Assembly (NCBI GenBank): GCA_964461025.1
Contig: CAYWSE010000006.1
Span: forward strand, 9,013-73,012
Length of the DNA: 64,000 nucleotides
Reading direction: 5' to 3'
Source: an uncultured Sphaerobacteraceae bacterium
Lineage (GTDB): Bacteria > Chloroflexota > Chloroflexia > Thermomicrobiales > UBA6265
Within the stretch, counting starts at the first letter, position 1. Every line of letters begins with the position of its first letter. The position numbers were made by a program, and so were the translations under genes. Below, piece by piece: positions 62,542 through 64,000 of the stretch. Under the pieces are notes generated by a model that was not told the origin of the DNA, searched no databases, and saw nothing but the letters and a program-made list of their open reading frames with translations.

Positions 62542-62883
62542 ATGCACCACTATCTGATTTCGTTCCCCAGTTTCGCCATGGACGTTCCGGCCGAAGAGTT
62601 CCAGGACGTTGTCGACGCTTCACATGCCGTCATCCAGGAAGCAAAAGACGCCGGTGTCTATGTCTTCGGCGGCGGCATCGACGAATCCGTCGCGCCTGTT
62701 CTCGTGGACGAAAACGGATCGGTCACCGAAGGCGTCTACCCCGATACGCGGAACATCGACGGCGGCTACACCGTGCTCAAGCTCGCCTCACGCGAGGAGG
62801 CAGTCGAATGGGCGGCAAAAATCGCCGCCTCCTGTCGATGCCCGCAAGAGCTCCGGGAGTTCATGTACGACCCCATGTCCTGA
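62542..62883 (+). CDS. YciI-like (YCII-related) small protein
   Basis: 113 aa. The layout DAGVYVFGGGI...GGYTVLKLASREEAVEWAAK is typical of the YCII family. Confidence 0.7.
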   Translation: MHHYLISFPSFAMDVPAEEFQDVVDASHAVIQEAKDAGVYVFGGGIDESVAPVLVDENGSVTEGVYPDTRNIDGGYTVLKLASREEAVEWAAKIAASCRCPQELREFMYDPMS

Positions 62884-62989
62884 GCACCGAACGCAGACGC
62901 GCAGTAGGACATGACGACACTCTCCGTATGTTCAGGACACATCCAGTTTCACGTCGATCCCAGTCCGCCAGAGCAGCAGGACAGCCAAC

Positions 62990-63166
62990 CGTAGCCTCGC
63001 CATTTATGGCGCTCTCTGGAGCACGCGCACATCCGTATTCTTCACGGCGGACATCATGCCGGGGGGCGGAGCCGGCGCGGCACGAAAGTGGATCTGGCAT
63101 TCCGAGCGGAACGGAGCGCCAGCGGAGTGCAGTCGAGGAATCTCCCGCCGCAGCGGTAAGGCATCC
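62990..63166 (+). repeat. Composite dispersed element, same orientation as 61584-61768
   Basis: Box cgtagcctcgccatttatggcgc at 62990-63012 and module ggcattccgagcggaacggagcgccagcggagtgcagtcgaggaatctcccgccgcagcggtaaggcatcc at 63097-63166. Confidence 0.75.
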
Positions 63167-63201
63167 GAAGCGATAGTTGGGGATGGGGCAGGACCGATAG
63201 G

Positions 63202-64000
63202 TCAATCGACCTTGTTGACCCCCTCGATCAGCCCCCTCGCATACCCGATCGCATACAACCGCCCCAGTACCTCATACCCCGGATGCGCGTTGTCTTCGCC
63301 TTCCATGGTCGGTACGTGATCGACGCGCATCGGCCCCGTGTACCCCACGTCCCGAAACGCTCGCATCGCCTCGAACATGTCCGTTCGTCCCAGATCGTGG
63401 AACGATTCGACGAAATTGTCCGGCGTCCCGGTCACATCCCGGAAATGGACGAAATGGATCGCCTTCTGCGCGCCGAATCGCCGAATCTCCGCCGGCACAT
63501 CGACATTCATCGTCGAAATCGACCCCTGGCAGAACGTAATCCCGTTGTGCGCCGACGGAACGATGTCGATGACCCGCTTTAGCGCCTCAACCGACGTCAA
63601 AATCCGCCCCACACCCCGGATCGGCGACACCGGCGGATCGTCAGGATGGACAGCCAGAAAGACTCCCGCCTTCTCAGCGACGGGTACGACCTTCCTTAGA
63701 AACGCGGTCATGTTCTCCCAGAGCGACTCCTCCGAGATTTCGCCATACTCGGTCAGTGGCGCATTCAGCATCAGGCGATGGTCGTATCCGGTCACCAATG
63801 CGCCGCCTCGCGCCGGGATCGCCATCGACGTCCGCATCCAGCCATGCACCGCCATGAAGTTGTGGCACATCACCGGAATGCCAACCCGGCCCATGTTCTC
63901 CACCATCTCGCAAAAGCGATCGATCATCGCATCCCGCTCCGGCGCGCCCCGCTTGATCAGCTCGTGAAACATCGGCGCCGACTCGATCACCTGCAAATCG
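63202..64000 (-). CDS. uxuA: Mannonate dehydratase, 5'-truncated by the window end
   Basis: Blocks CHNFM, AVHPDDPP..PI.G..RI and HFVHFRD. The frame is still open at nt 64000 and roughly 60 N-terminal residues are missing relative to known UxuA. Confidence 0.85.
   Translation of the reverse strand, partial: DLQVIESAPMFHELIKRGAPERDAMIDRFCEMVENMGRVGIPVMCHNFMAVHGWMRTSMAIPARGGALVTGYDHRLMLNAPLTEYGEISEESLWENMTAFLRKVVPVAEKAGVFLAVHPDDPPVSPIRGVGRILTSVEALKRVIDIVPSAHNGITFCQGSISTMNVDVPAEIRRFGAQKAIHFVHFRDVTGTPDNFVESFHDLGRTDMFEAMRAFRDVGYTGPMRVDHVPTMEGEDNAHPGYEVLGRLYAIGYARGLIEGVNKVD

Noticed and set aside
1-64000. A search for tRNA, rRNA, tmRNA, integrase, transposase, reverse transcriptase and CRISPR-Cas.
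   Set aside because: No T-loop (GTTCGAATC-like) in a cloverleaf context was found, and no matching ORF motifs were seen. Absence is judged by eye only; tRNAscan or Infernal would confirm.

Overview
This is a visibly GC-rich bacterial chromosomal segment with about 55 supportable protein-coding genes. I found no rRNA, tRNA, CRISPR array, integrase or transposase by eye. All family calls come from motifs I recognise in the ORF translations, since no search could be run. The lineage looks Chloroflexota/Thermomicrobia-like, but that is a low-confidence inference.

Gene content, left to right:
- NuoB/HycG-like FeS subunit at the window edge.
- Large secreted CAP-SH3b-discoidin protein.
- Tat-signal hypothetical, Zn-metallopeptidase and citrate synthase.
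- LLM oxidoreductase, double-FGE protein and an opine-dehydrogenase + flavoprotein pair.
- A minus-strand run of M29 aminopeptidase, aroA and a GT39-like membrane protein.
- ggt, a dienelactone hydrolase and an HD hydrolase.
- A lower-GC accessory islet (21.1-25.2 kb): NYN protein, two small tandem paralogs, an LLM oxidoreductase and RhuM.
- LarA-like protein, two beta-lactamase-fold hydrolases and a 548-aa Tat-signal protein with about 72 cysteines and a granulin-like CC ladder.
- Thermonuclease-Excalibur, fhs, DUF1269, and a BKACE / 2-hydroxyacid dehydrogenase pair.
- A regulatory block (37.4-49.6 kb, detailed below).
- A sulfur block: trans-sulfuration PLP enzyme, rhodanese-ThiF (MoeZ-like), and cysM-cysO-mec, interrupted by an ECF sigma plus an anti-sigma with two cupredoxin domains.
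- A third ECF/RskA-type pair, topoisomerase IB, an SH3b-polysaccharide deacetylase, Uma2, YciI-like and a partial uxuA.

Most interesting coding signal: in the 37.4-49.6 kb block, a dedicated regulator is followed three times by a paralogous membrane-anchored SnoaL-like + double-cupin-like protein. The regulator is a LuxR-type STAND ATPase in two copies and an ECF sigma with an NHL anti-sigma in the third.

Non-coding DNA is unusually structured:
- In-register heptanucleotide tandem arrays, some arranged as inverted arrays.
- GTAG-headed REP-like palindromes, including a 241-bp unit with perfect 24-bp terminal inverted repeats.
- A 215-235-bp MITE-like element present twice, each time upstream of a minus-strand operon.
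- Recurring ccctctcccg hairpins.
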